Positions 1-9,108 of a stretch of DNA of 32,000 nucleotides are shown piece by piece. The translations under genes and the position numbers were made by a program. Position 1 is the stretch's first letter. Every line of letters starts with the position of its first letter. The notes beneath the pieces are model-generated. The model made no database searches, was not told the origin of the DNA, and saw only the letters and a list, made by a program, of their open reading frames with translations. The stretch is taken from assembly GCA_963718915.1 (NCBI GenBank), contig CAVRAI010000003.1, positions 690,001 through 722,000 of the forward strand, read 5' to 3'. The DNA is from an uncultured Chloroflexia bacterium (lineage in GTDB: Bacteria; Chloroflexota; Ktedonobacteria; Ktedonobacterales; JADMIN01).

Positions 1-105
1 CATGGTCATCGAGACATGTGATTGCAGGAGCACTATCAGGGCGATGGTTAGTGCGGCAACCCCGCGTACCACCGCTACCCACCACGCGTGTGTTAAGGCG
101 ATCAT
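1..105 (-). CDS. 5' end of an unidentified membrane-protein gene running off the left edge (partial)
   Basis: ATG at 105 on the minus strand, with GGAGAGGG (rc of 113-120) 7 nt upstream. The frame is open to position 1. Translation MIALTHAWWVAVVRGVAALTIALIVLLQSHVSMTM is a single hydrophobic helix. It is too short to appear in the ORF track, and a second frame is also open here. Confidence 0.3.
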   Translation of the reverse strand, partial: MIALTHAWWVAVVRGVAALTIALIVLLQSHVSMTM

Positions 106-506
106 GGCTCATCCCTCTCCATGGGCTTTGATGAGCGCCGATCAAATTGGGAGCAGTTATCCGTACCAGGCGACCACTCTAGCGACCGCCTGGCTGGCAT
201 GCGGCGAGTGTGATCAAGTGCGTCATGCGTGTGGATGCAAGTGTAGGAGGAGTGGAGTATACGTGCATGGGCCAAAGGTTGCAACTCCTTGCGCGACAAC
301 AATACCCCTTTTGGCGCGCATGATCGCGTTATGGCTGAAGGTTCCTGACTGGCCGTCGCGCTTATGAAAATCAACGCTGTAATACGGATGCATCCTTTAG
401 CGGATTTCAGGACACGATGGCATGATGCATGCTAAGGGGGGATGCGGGATAAGGGAGTACAAGAACGCGAGGAGTGTGCATTGTGATGTAAGGAAGGGCG
501 AGCGCT

Positions 507-1739
507 ATGGTCACCAATGCTATGGTCGCCGACGATGCTGTAACAATCGTGCAGCAAGATCCCATTCAACTCGTTCAAGCAAAAGTGCCGCTCGACTCGG
601 CCGCGGATACGTTCGCCACCCGAGATGCCTGGGGCCGCATACCGATTGCCATCGTACCAACCAGACTGAGCCATATCCGCAATGACCATATGATTGCGGC
701 GATTGCCATCGCGATCCTGGCGGTGCTGGCACAGACGGCGCTCTCGACCTGGTGGATTGTGCCGCTGATTATCCCACTCGCCCTCGCGCTCATCATCTAC
801 GCGCTCTGGAGCGCCTTCTTCGTATCCATCCCTGAAGGCGCAAGCGGACTCCTTAGCTGGGGTGGCAGATACCTGCGCACCATCAATAGTGGCATGCACA
901 TGGTGCCACCGTGGGTGGTTGTCTCGCACCTGGTGACACTGCGCGAGATCCCCTTCGACATCCCGGTGGTCGAGGCCCAGACCAAAGACAATGTGCGTGT
1001 GACCGTCACCTCACTCTGCACCTTCGCGATAAACGATCCCTATCGTTTCGTCTTCGCGATCCCCGCCGACGATTTCAGCCAGGTGTTGCACGCCTCCTGC
1101 CAGGAGGAGTTGCGCGGTGTGATCCGCCAGGTTCGCGCTGAAGAGGTCGTTGACCTCGTGCGGGCAGAGCGGGAAAACCTTGCCGATGCCATCAGTGCGG
1201 ATGTGGCGCAGTATGGCATTGAGATCATGAAGATGAAAGTGACCTATGTCCGGCTCCCGGAAGAGTTCCTCCGGCTGCAGGAGCAGCGGCAACTGGCATT
1301 GTGGCAGCGCGAGGAGCAAGCCGATTCGCATGCGCTCGCGCGGAAGCAACAGGAGCATACGCACCTGCTTGCGCACCAGGAACTGAACGCGCGCCTCGAC
1401 CGCGACCGCGATGCGCTCCAGTTGAAGATCCAGCAGGCCGAGGCCCTCAAGCAGGTCTCGAAGCTGGAGGCGGAAGCTGAGGAACTGCGGATGGCCAAGC
1501 TCGATGATCGTCTGCGCTCCTTCCCGCGCGCCGCGAAGTATGACCAGGAGATCGAGCGTCGCCGCGCGTCCACTGTTCCGCCAGCGCCCGTGAGCAACAG
1601 CCATCCAAGGGTTCAGGGCGCCAACGTCGGCTCCGACACCGATCCTGGCTCTGACGACATCGCTCATCCGTTCGTGGCGCAGAATTCGCTCCAGCATTCC
1701 GCGCTGCGTTCCTTGGGGGCTAGGAATATACCGGGGTAG
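507..1739 (+). CDS. SPFH/band-7 (stomatin/prohibitin-like) membrane protein with a C-terminal coiled-coil tail
   Basis: 410-aa ORF with AGGAAGG upstream of the ATG. It has N-terminal TM helices (IAAIAIAILAVLAQ..IVPLIIPLALALIIYALW). The following segment is SPFH-like: MHMVPPWVVVSHLVTLREIPFDIPVVEAQTKDNVRVTV...DPYRFVF...ELRGVIRQVRAEEV...YGIEIMKMKVTYVRLPEEF. An E/Q/R/L-rich helical region follows. Confidence 0.85.
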   Translation: MVTNAMVADDAVTIVQQDPIQLVQAKVPLDSAADTFATRDAWGRIPIAIVPTRLSHIRNDHMIAAIAIAILAVLAQTALSTWWIVPLIIPLALALIIYALWSAFFVSIPEGASGLLSWGGRYLRTINSGMHMVPPWVVVSHLVTLREIPFDIPVVEAQTKDNVRVTVTSLCTFAINDPYRFVFAIPADDFSQVLHASCQEELRGVIRQVRAEEVVDLVRAERENLADAISADVAQYGIEIMKMKVTYVRLPEEFLRLQEQRQLALWQREEQADSHALARKQQEHTHLLAHQELNARLDRDRDALQLKIQQAEALKQVSKLEAEAEELRMAKLDDRLRSFPRAAKYDQEIERRRASTVPPAPVSNSHPRVQGANVGSDTDPGSDDIAHPFVAQNSLQHSALRSLGARNIPG

Positions 1740-1785
1740 CGGCCAGGGACGGACAAGCTCTAGCTGGCGGGTCAGCCAGAAAGGG

Positions 1786-2190
1786 ATGCTGGATATGGAG
1801 AGACAGCGCCGCTACCTGGCGTGGTTATTCGCGCTCGTCGCCGCCATCTCGCTGCTGTTTGCCGGGATACGGGGCGCGCAGGTCGCGCTGGACGCCTTGA
1901 GGCAGCTCATGCTCTTCAAGGTGACGCCATTCGCGACGGAGATGCGTGATACGCTGGTGCTGGCAGGGATCGCCCTTCTGGCTGGAACATGCGCCATTCT
2001 CATCGCCCCGCGGCGCGTCACTATTGTCTACCGGATCATCTCCGATAAGCACGAGAAGGGGATTGCGGTCCGTGATGTGCAGCCGAGCCTATCCAATGTA
2101 CGTTTCATGCGGATTGACGCTCGCACGCACGCGCATGGGGAGAAGGCCGTGTTCCACGACCACGGCGCCAGCGGGAAGCGCCCGGCATAA
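1786..2190 (+). CDS. small two-TM membrane protein, likely co-transcribed with the SPFH gene
   Basis: 134-aa ORF starting 47 nt after the SPFH stop, on the same strand. It has two hydrophobic helices (LAWLFALVAAISLLFAG; LVLAGIALLAGTCAILIA). I recognise no family. Confidence 0.5.
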   Translation: MLDMERQRRYLAWLFALVAAISLLFAGIRGAQVALDALRQLMLFKVTPFATEMRDTLVLAGIALLAGTCAILIAPRRVTIVYRIISDKHEKGIAVRDVQPSLSNVRFMRIDARTHAHGEKAVFHDHGASGKRPA

Positions 2191-2208
2191 GGACATCGCG
2201 AGCAGCGC

Positions 2209-3285
2209 TCAGGCGGCGTCAGTCTTTGGCAGAAGCCGCATAAGCCACTCCGGCCTGCTCGCCAGATAGGCTCCCAGCGCCACGACCAGGCCGATAAACA
2301 AGCCAACGACGAGCGTTCCTTGCAGGTTTGCCTGCACCAGCCCCGCCAGCGCCGCCGTGATCTCGTGCGCTGGGCTTGCCGTCACTGCGGCGGGGATGTT
2401 GCCCAATACGATCTGCGCCACCAGCATCGCCACGAGGAAGAGCGCCGCCGTCACGCCTCCCAGCAGCAGCAGCGTTCGCCATCGGTTCGCCGCGAGCCAG
2501 AGCGCCAGTATCGCCAGTACGAGTGTCACGAGAGGCAGGATGACTTGCAGCGCGTCCAGAATGGAGACGATGCGCTGCGCCGTTCTGAGAGTATCGCTCT
2601 GAAACAGGGTGATGAGGCCAAAATCAGGGGCAAGTTGGACGCCCAGCGCTTGCGCAAGCTCCTGCCGCGCCTGTGCTGGGGTCTGAGCGGCAGAGAGGTC
2701 GGGAATCGTTACGCCGAATGGGATGATGCCGGGCGCCGCCTGCTGCAGACGGCTCAGCATCGCGGCGAGTATTGGCAGCAGGTCTAACGTCACCGTGCCA
2801 TTCGCCGTGCCGATTGTGGAGGTCTGGCCCCGCAGCAACGCGACCAGCCCGGCGTGACCCCGGCGCACCTGGGCCTGCCAGAGCGCCTGCCCCTGGTCGC
2901 TGTTGAGGAAATCCGCCGTGCGTGTCTGGACGAAGTCGTGGACGATGCGCTCCAGTGGGCCAGTGAGAAACCGACCGTCAATCGGCAGCGCGTTGGCCGT
3001 CCGGTTCTGGATGTCGAGCGCGGTGACGACCTGATCGGCGACATACTGGCTGACGCTGTTGATGACCTGCGGATCGCTCCCGAGTGGCGCGACCAATGCC
3101 ACGAAGTGATCCGTGTTCAGCATGGTCGATTCGACCCAGATCACCAGCGTGCTCGCCAGCACGCCGCTGCATGTCAGGATAACCAGTATGACCAATAGCC
3201 ACGTGGGCAATGTGCGACGACTGGCGCGGGGCGTGGGTGTAGGCGCCGCCTGACGTTCCGGCTGATGCTCGCTCGCACTGGCCAT
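2209..3285 (-). CDS. integral membrane protein of unknown function
   Basis: The ORF track gives 2209..3312. I prefer the ATG at 3285 (MASASEHQ...), which has GGAGGT (rc of 3291-3296) 5 nt upstream. One N-terminal TM helix, a large soluble middle region, and 3-4 C-terminal TM helices. It is the last gene of a same-strand trio with 3349..4053 and 4144..5076. Confidence 0.7.
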   Translation of the reverse strand: MASASEHQPERQAAPTPTPRASRRTLPTWLLVILVILTCSGVLASTLVIWVESTMLNTDHFVALVAPLGSDPQVINSVSQYVADQVVTALDIQNRTANALPIDGRFLTGPLERIVHDFVQTRTADFLNSDQGQALWQAQVRRGHAGLVALLRGQTSTIGTANGTVTLDLLPILAAMLSRLQQAAPGIIPFGVTIPDLSAAQTPAQARQELAQALGVQLAPDFGLITLFQSDTLRTAQRIVSILDALQVILPLVTLVLAILALWLAANRWRTLLLLGGVTAALFLVAMLVAQIVLGNIPAAVTASPAHEITAALAGLVQANLQGTLVVGLFIGLVVALGAYLASRPEWLMRLLPKTDAA

Positions 3286-3348
3286 GCCCCACCTCCGGCG
3301 ACGAGCCAGCAAAACGTCAGGCGCTCGCGGTGATTGCAGTTCTCGCGA

Positions 3349-4053
3349 TTACCGCTGTACGGCCGGATCCGTCCCGGCTGTGGGTGTCGACGGGAGCGCT
3401 ACGTTGGGCGCATAGGCGCTTGTGCGCTCGGGCCAGTTCGGCTCCAGATTGTATCGCTCGGGGAGGAGTATCTGAACCGCAGCGCCCGCTGCGGCAATCA
3501 ACAGGAAAACCAGTCCCCAGAACCACGAATCGCGGAGAAACGCGCCGACGACACCCCATTGTAGCGCTGCCAGCGGGATGCGGCCAATCGTCAGCAAAAT
3601 CCCCGTCAGGATCATGCTTGCTCCGAGCAGCGCGGTGAGCGCGATAACGAATAACTGTGGCACATTCAGCAGAACGACCAGAATGCAAAGCCCCAGCGCC
3701 ACGACAAGTCCGACGATGAAGAGTACGAAGCCCGACGTGACGCCCAACCCCGACAGGAATCCGGTGACGAGTTCGTAGGCAAAGGCCCCGGCCAGCACGA
3801 CGACTGCCCCATAGTAGAAGAAGTAGGCGATCACCGCGCAGAAGATGCCGACGACGAAGCCGAACACCCAGCCGCTGATGGTTGCCAGGAAGCCCCCGCC
3901 GAACAGCTCCTGAATTGCCTGGGCGGTTACCACAAATCCGCCGAAGAAGCCGATGATTGGTAGCACCAGGACGAAGACCCGGAAGCCAGCGAAGCAGAGC
4001 GCCAGCCCAATGAGGATCTGTAGCAGAGACGCAAAGATGATCTGGAAGAACAT
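3349..4053 (-). CDS. polytopic membrane protein (DUF4203/TMEM198-like by memory)
   Basis: I prefer the ATG at 4053 (MFFQIIFASLLQILIGLALCFAGFRVF...), with GGAGG (rc of 4063-4067) 9 nt upstream. About 7 G/F/V-rich TM helices. The competing same-strand frame 3317..4069 is Arg-rich and rejected. Confidence 0.75.
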   Translation of the reverse strand: MFFQIIFASLLQILIGLALCFAGFRVFVLVLPIIGFFGGFVVTAQAIQELFGGGFLATISGWVFGFVVGIFCAVIAYFFYYGAVVVLAGAFAYELVTGFLSGLGVTSGFVLFIVGLVVALGLCILVVLLNVPQLFVIALTALLGASMILTGILLTIGRIPLAALQWGVVGAFLRDSWFWGLVFLLIAAAGAAVQILLPERYNLEPNWPERTSAYAPNVALPSTPTAGTDPAVQR

Positions 4054-4143
4054 ACCTCTCACCCTCCATCTATGGCACATGCCGTCCGCGCATCTGGTAA
4101 TCAGCGGGCGGACGGCTCTCTTGTGGCTCCGCTAGAAGCCGCG

Positions 4144-5076
4144 CTAGAAGAGCGCGCCGCCAGTGAGCTGATTGACGATCGTTTTCATGCGATTCGAGGA
4201 GATAGCGAAACCGATGCCATTGGCGGCAACCCCGGTCGAAGGCTCTACCGCTGCGAGGGTCGGGATGCCGACAAGCTGCCCTTGCAGGTTGACCAGCGCC
4301 CCACCACTATTGCCAGGGTTGATCGGCGCGCTCGTCTGGATCATGCCAGTGATCGTGAATCGCTGGTTATCCACCACCTCGGTCGCGGAACGATTGAGCG
4401 CGCTGATGATGCCGGATGTGGCCGATTGCTCGAGTCCCAGTGGGCTGCCCACGGCAAGGGCAAACTCGCCGACCACCACCTTGCTGGAATCGCCAACTGC
4501 TATCGGCTTGAGGTCGGTCGCATTGACTTTCAGCACCGCCAGGTCTTCGGAGGGCGCCTCGCCGATCAGCGTGGCGGGAATCTGCTGGCCATTTGCCAGC
4601 AGCACTGTATAGGTAGAGAGGCCGTGAACGACGTGGCTATTCGTCACGATGTAGCCATCCGAGGTCAGAATCTCGCCTGACCCGATGCTTCCGCCCGTGA
4701 GGCCGCCGCGCCCCTGTATCTGCACGACCGATGGATCGACGTTATGGATGACGTTGATGGTGGTCGCCTCGATGTCCGTACCGGAGGGCGCCGATGAGGT
4801 AGACGACGTGCCATTAGTCCTCCCAGCTAACGTCCCCGCCCCAAAGATGAGACCGAAAAGCACAGCCGCGCCGAGGGCAATCCAGAGCGGTCGCCAGGAA
4901 TGGCCTTGTCTCGTCTGTTGCGCGGTCGGTGGTGGCGCGGATGGCGCAATCGATGGCGTGGCTTGTGGTGCGACAGGTGGCGTGGCTGGAGAGGTTGCGC
5001 CATTCACTGGCATACTGGTAGAAACCGGCGAATTAGGTACGTTGAAGGCGCGTGGATCCCTGGAATTGTCTTGCAT
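4144..5076 (-). CDS. trypsin-like serine protease, S1C (HtrA/DegP-like) protease domain only, membrane-anchored, no PDZ domain
   Basis: Catalytic triad contexts are visible: VTNSHVV (His), DLAVLKV (Asp), INPGNSGGALVN (Ser). Pro/Ala-rich N-terminus followed by one TM helix (PLWIALGAAVLFGLIFGAG). The protein ends about 40 aa after the Ser motif, which leaves no room for a PDZ domain. Start at ATG 5076 with AGGAG 7 nt upstream; the track start at 5118 lacks an SD. Confidence 0.9.
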   Translation of the reverse strand: MQDNSRDPRAFNVPNSPVSTSMPVNGATSPATPPVAPQATPSIAPSAPPPTAQQTRQGHSWRPLWIALGAAVLFGLIFGAGTLAGRTNGTSSTSSAPSGTDIEATTINVIHNVDPSVVQIQGRGGLTGGSIGSGEILTSDGYIVTNSHVVHGLSTYTVLLANGQQIPATLIGEAPSEDLAVLKVNATDLKPIAVGDSSKVVVGEFALAVGSPLGLEQSATSGIISALNRSATEVVDNQRFTITGMIQTSAPINPGNSGGALVNLQGQLVGIPTLAAVEPSTGVAANGIGFAISSNRMKTIVNQLTGGALF

Positions 5077-5633
5077 ATAGTGGCTCCTGGTTGGGACGTT
5101 CTGCAGCCCCTTCAGCATTGCCTTACAGCGCGGACTCCAGAAAGCCCTGTTTTAATGGAAGTCTGCCGCTCCACATGAAGTACCCGGACGCCTCACACAT
5201 GATGGAGTATCAGGTATGAGGCGTCGGGCAGATACGCAGACATCGCTGGTCACAAGTGTACGAGTTGGCAGCGCCTGTTTCACCACCTGTCGGGTGAGTC
5301 CAAACGACGTGTTTTGTAGCTGTCCAAAGCTACGACACGCGCCTATCCCGAAGGGGAGCATCGGCTTGCCATGTTGCGTCGCCGATGTGCCATGTCGGGC
5401 GCTCTGGGCCATCCATCGGTGCGCCAACTCACCCTGGAGGGAGATAGCCGCTCACCTTGATGTCTCACCCAGGGTGTGAAGCTCATAGGCAAGGCGCATG
5501 CCTATACTTGGTTTATGCTGGCTGGATTCTGGGGGATTTTCGGCGTCGAGTCAGCGGCTTTCAATGCTGGATTATTGATCCATGGTGTTGACAGAACCAT
5601 TCTGTATGCTTTGCCCGAAGGAGAAGAAACGAC

Positions 5634-6209
5634 ATGAGCGATCTGGTTGCCATCACATACCCAGATATCAATCAGGCACAGAAAACACTCGATACGCTGA
5701 AGCGCATGGTGGTTGAGCATCTGCTTGAGCTAGACGATGCCGTCTATGTCACCAAGGATAGTAACGGCGCGGTGGATATGCATCAGATGATTAACCTGCC
5801 CGCGGCGGGCGCGGCGACTGGCGGCGCGACCGGCGCCCTCTGGGGAACGCTGATCGGCCTGCTCTTCCTCTCGCCACTCGCGGGGGCTGCCATTGGGGCA
5901 GCGGTTGGCGCGGGCACGGGCGCCATCGCGGGAAAGATGAGCGACTATGGTATTGACGATAACTTTGTCCAAGACCTGAGCGCCCATATGCCGCCGAATA
6001 GCTCGGCCATCTTCGTCCTGGTGCGCAATGTGACGGTGGATAAGGTGATCCCAGAGATCAGCAAATATGGCGGCACGGTCATGCGTACCTCGCTCTCGGA
6101 CGATGCGGAACAACGCCTTCAGGCAGCGCTCGCGCAACGATCAACCGCTGGGGCGTCGGCCGCCGCAACTCCACCGACAACCACTGACACGCCATCGCAG
6201 CCAGCGTAG
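5634..6209 (+). CDS. DUF1269-type membrane protein (glycine-zipper)
   Basis: GAAGGAGAAG sits upstream of the ATG. N-terminus MSDLVAITYPDINQAQKTLDTLKRM...LDDAVYVTKDSNG, then a Gly/Ala zipper GAATGGATGALWGTLIGLLFLSPLAGAAIGAAVGAGTGAIAGK, then DYGIDDNFV. This matches my memory of the DUF1269 layout. Confidence 0.8.
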   Translation: MSDLVAITYPDINQAQKTLDTLKRMVVEHLLELDDAVYVTKDSNGAVDMHQMINLPAAGAATGGATGALWGTLIGLLFLSPLAGAAIGAAVGAGTGAIAGKMSDYGIDDNFVQDLSAHMPPNSSAIFVLVRNVTVDKVIPEISKYGGTVMRTSLSDDAEQRLQAALAQRSTAGASAAATPPTTTDTPSQPA

Positions 6210-6342
6210 GCTGGTTAGAAGACAAACAGTCTGAGAAAAGTCTGAGAAAAGCCGGAGGCATCGTGCCATAGATGCCTCTTGCGGAACATAAGCAGGCGCG
6301 CGAGAGCTACGCGCGCCTCGCCAGATGATTGCGAGGCCTGAG

Positions 6343-6774
6343 ATGGGACTTGGCCCGGTCGAATATGTCATGATTGAGTTTCCAGGCGCTACCGAGATTG
6401 GCGACATCGAGCCAGCGCTTCAGGAACTGGTGTCCTCAGGGACTGTCCGCATTATCGACCTGATGTTTATCAAGAAAGATGCGGAGGGGCACATCCAGGC
6501 GCTGGAGGTTGACCAACTCGACAGCGTGAGCGCTCACCGGTATGAGGAGCTGGACGCCGAGGTCGACGACCTGGTGAATATGGAAGATATCGAAATCGCT
6601 GCGGCGGAACTATTGCCTGATAGCATCGCGGTGGTGCTGGTCTGGGAGGATGCCTGGGCCAAACGGTTCGGGGAGACCATGCGGGCCGCGGGCGGGCGTG
6701 TGGTGGAAATCGAGCGGATTCCTAGCGAGGTGGTCGAAGCGGCTATGAGGGCAAGCGTGGGAGCGGATGCGTAG
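6343..6774 (+). CDS. soluble DUF1269-related protein (DUF6325-like by memory)
   Basis: MGLGPVEYVMIEFPG...GDIEPALQELVSSGTVRIIDLMFIKKDAEG. ATG at 6343 with GAGG 6 nt upstream (track start 6325). The acidic C-terminal half includes WEDAWAKRF. Confidence 0.7.
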   Translation: MGLGPVEYVMIEFPGATEIGDIEPALQELVSSGTVRIIDLMFIKKDAEGHIQALEVDQLDSVSAHRYEELDAEVDDLVNMEDIEIAAAELLPDSIAVVLVWEDAWAKRFGETMRAAGGRVVEIERIPSEVVEAAMRASVGADA

Positions 6775-6808
6775 AGCCTGAACTGCGGTAGAGAGGACGA
6801 ACCCGATT

Positions 6809-7222
6809 ATGATGCGACGAGGTGGAGCACTGGGACGGCGCGGCCCTGGCCTGCTTGGAACGATGGCGCGAACCGCGGTGATCGCGGGGACGGCCACGGC
6901 GGTCTCCAAAGGGGTGAGTGGTTCAATGAATCAACGCGCCGCACAACAACAGACGGCGCAGCAACAGCAACAGCAGGCGGCATTTGACGCGGGCTACCAG
7001 CAGGCGCAGACGCAAGAACAGGCGCAACAACAGCAACAGCAACAGCAGCAGATGCAGGCGGCTCAGGCTCAGGCTGGGGCGCCACAGGCCGCTAGCCCGG
7101 CCTCGACTACCGATGCCATGATCGCGCAATTGCAACAACTGGCCGAGCTACAGAAGCTGGGGATTCTGACGCCAGACGAATTCGCCCAGCAGAAGGCGAG
7201 GGTTTTAGGCGGCGCGAACTAA
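6809..7222 (+). CDS. SHOCT-domain protein with a long poly-Q/A linker
   Basis: The C-terminus MIAQLQQLAELQKLGILTPDEFAQQKARVLG is a typical SHOCT motif. The N-terminus is RRGPGLLGTMARTAVIAGTATAVS. The middle is Q-rich (QQQQQQQQQM) and encoded by CAG/CAA runs at about 6950-7060. Confidence 0.8.
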   Translation: MMRRGGALGRRGPGLLGTMARTAVIAGTATAVSKGVSGSMNQRAAQQQTAQQQQQQAAFDAGYQQAQTQEQAQQQQQQQQQMQAAQAQAGAPQAASPASTTDAMIAQLQQLAELQKLGILTPDEFAQQKARVLGGAN

Positions 7223-7292
7223 AAGTATCCAGATGATACTGATTTGGGATAAGGTGTTGTGCTATTACAACGCCGTAGCATGACGCAGGTTT

Positions 7293-7559
7293 ACAAAATA
7301 GGAGGGGCACGCCAGGAGGCAGGCGACTGAAGTCGCGCCTGAAGGGCCTGCCTGCTGCGCCTGCTGCGCACGCTCCGCCACAAAACCCGCCTGCGCGGGT
7401 TGCAGAGACGCACTCCCAACGCGTGTCGCGCGCGTGTCGCGCCGGGCAGCGTCTGGCTCTGGGGAGTCCGCGACGGCGGACTTGGTGGCCGCAGGCCCTT
7501 CAGGCGCGGTTTGAACCGCCCGCGCCCCTCCGCGCATGGCCCTCGTACTTTCTAAAACC
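7293..7559 (-). repeat. GC-rich MITE-like repeat, element A, copy 1 (inverted relative to copy 2)
   Basis: The reverse complement aligns with 13809-14075. Identical blocks include 37 nt (gggcctgcggccaccaagtccgccgtcgcggactccc), 25 nt (gcgcgggcggttcaaaccgcgcctg) and 28 nt (aggcccttcaggcgcgacttcagtcgcc). An internal long-range inverted repeat pairs cgcgcctgaagggcctgc (7334-7351) with gcaggcccttcaggcgcg (7490-7507). Confidence 0.85.
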
Positions 7560-7628
7560 ACATCAGGCTGCGGCGAATGGGGCGGAGCGGCGGGAAATTC
7601 GCCGTAGCGTTCACGCTACGGCCTGCCT
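7553..7628 (+). repeat. hairpin-bearing repeat, element B, copy 1 (abuts element A)
   Basis: It shares a 36-nt identical block (ggaaattcgccgtagcgttcacgctacggcctgcct) plus cggcgaatgggg with 15216-15283. It contains a perfect hairpin gccgtagcg-ttca-cgctacggc (7601-7622). A degenerate related motif lies at about 7661-7687, and a truncated inverted one at about 7262-7290. Confidence 0.8.
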
Positions 7629-7788
7629 CGCCCGCCACGACGTGTGGGGTTCGGACGAAAAAGTGAACGTTCATTACGCTACGGCCAGCATCCTCAAACA
7701 CCAACCCCAGATGTGGATACTGCGAAAAGCGGGGGCGTGATAGTCTGTCATAATGGCTATCATACCCCCGCTCGGTGATTCGGGCTTT

Positions 7789-9108
7789 CTAGTTCGCGGC
7801 AAGCGGGACGGTGAACCAGAAGGTCGAGCCTTCGCCGGGCACGCTCTCGACGCCAACTTTTCCTCCCATCTGTTCGACCAGCTGGCGACAGATGAACAGG
7901 CCGAGGCCAAGTCCCTCGGCGCTAAATTTGCTGGACCCGCTGGCGCGGTAAAAGCGCTCCCACACACGGGGCTGATGCTCCAGGGCGATACCGACACCAT
8001 GATCGCAGACAGCCACCCGCGCCTCGCCGTCGCCGCGCTCCAGCCGCACCTCGACCGGCTGGACATTTGGTGAATACCTCAGCGCATTGGAGAGATAGTT
8101 GCCGACCACCTGCGCGATGCGATCCGCATCGGCCACGACGGGAATGGCCTCCGTGGGTGATTCCAGATGGATGATTCGTCTGCGCCACACCAGCCGCTGG
8201 CCAGCGACCGTATCATGCAGGATCTCGCTGAGGTCGCAGCGCGACGTATGTGTCTCGGCGATGCCGACGCGAATGCGCGTGATATCGGCAAGATCGGAGA
8301 GCAGGCGCTCTGCCATGTTGGTATTGCGGTCGACGAGCGCGAGAGCCGCCGTGGCGCGCGCCACATGCATCGAGGTAGAGTCGGAGGCCATGCGGCTATC
8401 CTCCACCCGCTTCAGCTGGCGCTGCGCGATCTGTGTGCCCAGTTTCATGGTTGTGAGTGGCCCGCGAAGCTCATGGACGATCTGCATGAGCGCCGCTTCG
8501 GTGTTTTCGCTATCCTGGCGCAGTTGTCCCACCGTGTTCGCCCATGCCTCGCGCTCATACATCAGTCGCCCATGATCGAGCGCCAGCGCGACCAGTTGCG
8601 CCAGCGCGCGTGTCCGCAAGAGAACATCCGGCATGACACGCTTACCAAATCGAAACTCGACGATCAACGCGCCCAGCCGTCGCTCGCTGACCAAGAGCGG
8701 CAGCACGAGCCGGACGATTCTGCGTGTGGTGGAGTCGGGAGAGGCAGGATCATGGGTATCACCTTCCTCCCGAACCGCGTGCAGTCCCGTCGAACGAGAG
8801 ATGGATTCGTTGCCTGCCTCGATTTCGGGGATGTCGGCGCATATCTGATCCCACCAGGCGGATGCGCGGCCCGGCGCAACGCCAGCCGTAGCGATCAAGC
8901 GTGGCCGCCTGGCGCGCGCTGACCTCAAAACGATCCCCACCGTCTCGCTATAGAGGGTATAGCGAACCAGATTGGCAAGCCATGTTGCGAGGCCAGTCTC
9001 GTCACGCCAATCGTCGGCGCCAACCAGTGTTGTCTGGCGAGCATCGGTGGGCACGGCAAAACTTACCGTTCCATGTGCCCATCGTCCCTGGTCTCTTCTC
9101 GCATGCAT
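7789..9108 (-). CDS. cytoplasmic sensor histidine kinase (GAF-like N-terminal domain, HisKA, HATPase_c)
   Basis: H-box [12 protein letters not shown]. The ATPase region has [19 protein letters not shown] and [38 protein letters not shown]. No TM helix is visible. Start at ATG 9108 with GGAGG (rc of 9115-9119) 6 nt upstream; the track start is 9129. Confidence 0.9.
   Translation of the reverse strand: MHARRDQGRWAHGTVSFAVPTDARQTTLVGADDWRDETGLATWLANLVRYTLYSETVGIVLRSARARRPRLIATAGVAPGRASAWWDQICADIPEIEAGNESISRSTGLHAVREEGDTHDPASPDSTTRRIVRLVLPLLVSERRLGALIVEFRFGKRVMPDVLLRTRALAQLVALALDHGRLMYEREAWANTVGQLRQDSENTEAALMQIVHELRGPLTTMKLGTQIAQRQLKRVEDSRMASDSTSMHVARATAALALVDRNTNMAERLLSDLADITRIRVGIAETHTSRCDLSEILHDTVAGQRLVWRRRIIHLESPTEAIPVVADADRIAQVVGNYLSNALRYSPNVQPVEVRLERGDGEARVAVCDHGVGIALEHQPRVWERFYRASGSSKFSAEGLGLGLFICRQLVEQMGGKVGVESVPGEGSTFWFTVPLAAN

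Noticed and set aside
2-367. 121-aa plus-strand ORF at the left edge, and 102..374 on the minus strand
   Set aside because: Cys/Arg/His-rich sequence with no SD and no motif. The region is better explained as the divergent intergenic region between a leftward gene (start at 105) and the SPFH gene.
5588-5620. TTGACA hexamer upstream of the DUF1269 gene, considered as a -35 box
   Set aside because: No acceptable -10 hexamer lies at 16-19 nt spacing. The nearest candidate, tatgct, is only 11 nt away. No promoter is called.
7265-7561. ORFs inside repeat element A (7265..7561 minus; 13772..14077 and 13779..14081 plus) sharing VLESTR...ARAVQTAP.GPAATKSAVADS
   Set aside because: The shared peptide only reflects nucleotide identity. 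The two copies fall out of frame relative to each other through indels, there is no SD or start context, and the composition is Ala/Arg/Gly-rich as expected from random GC-rich DNA.
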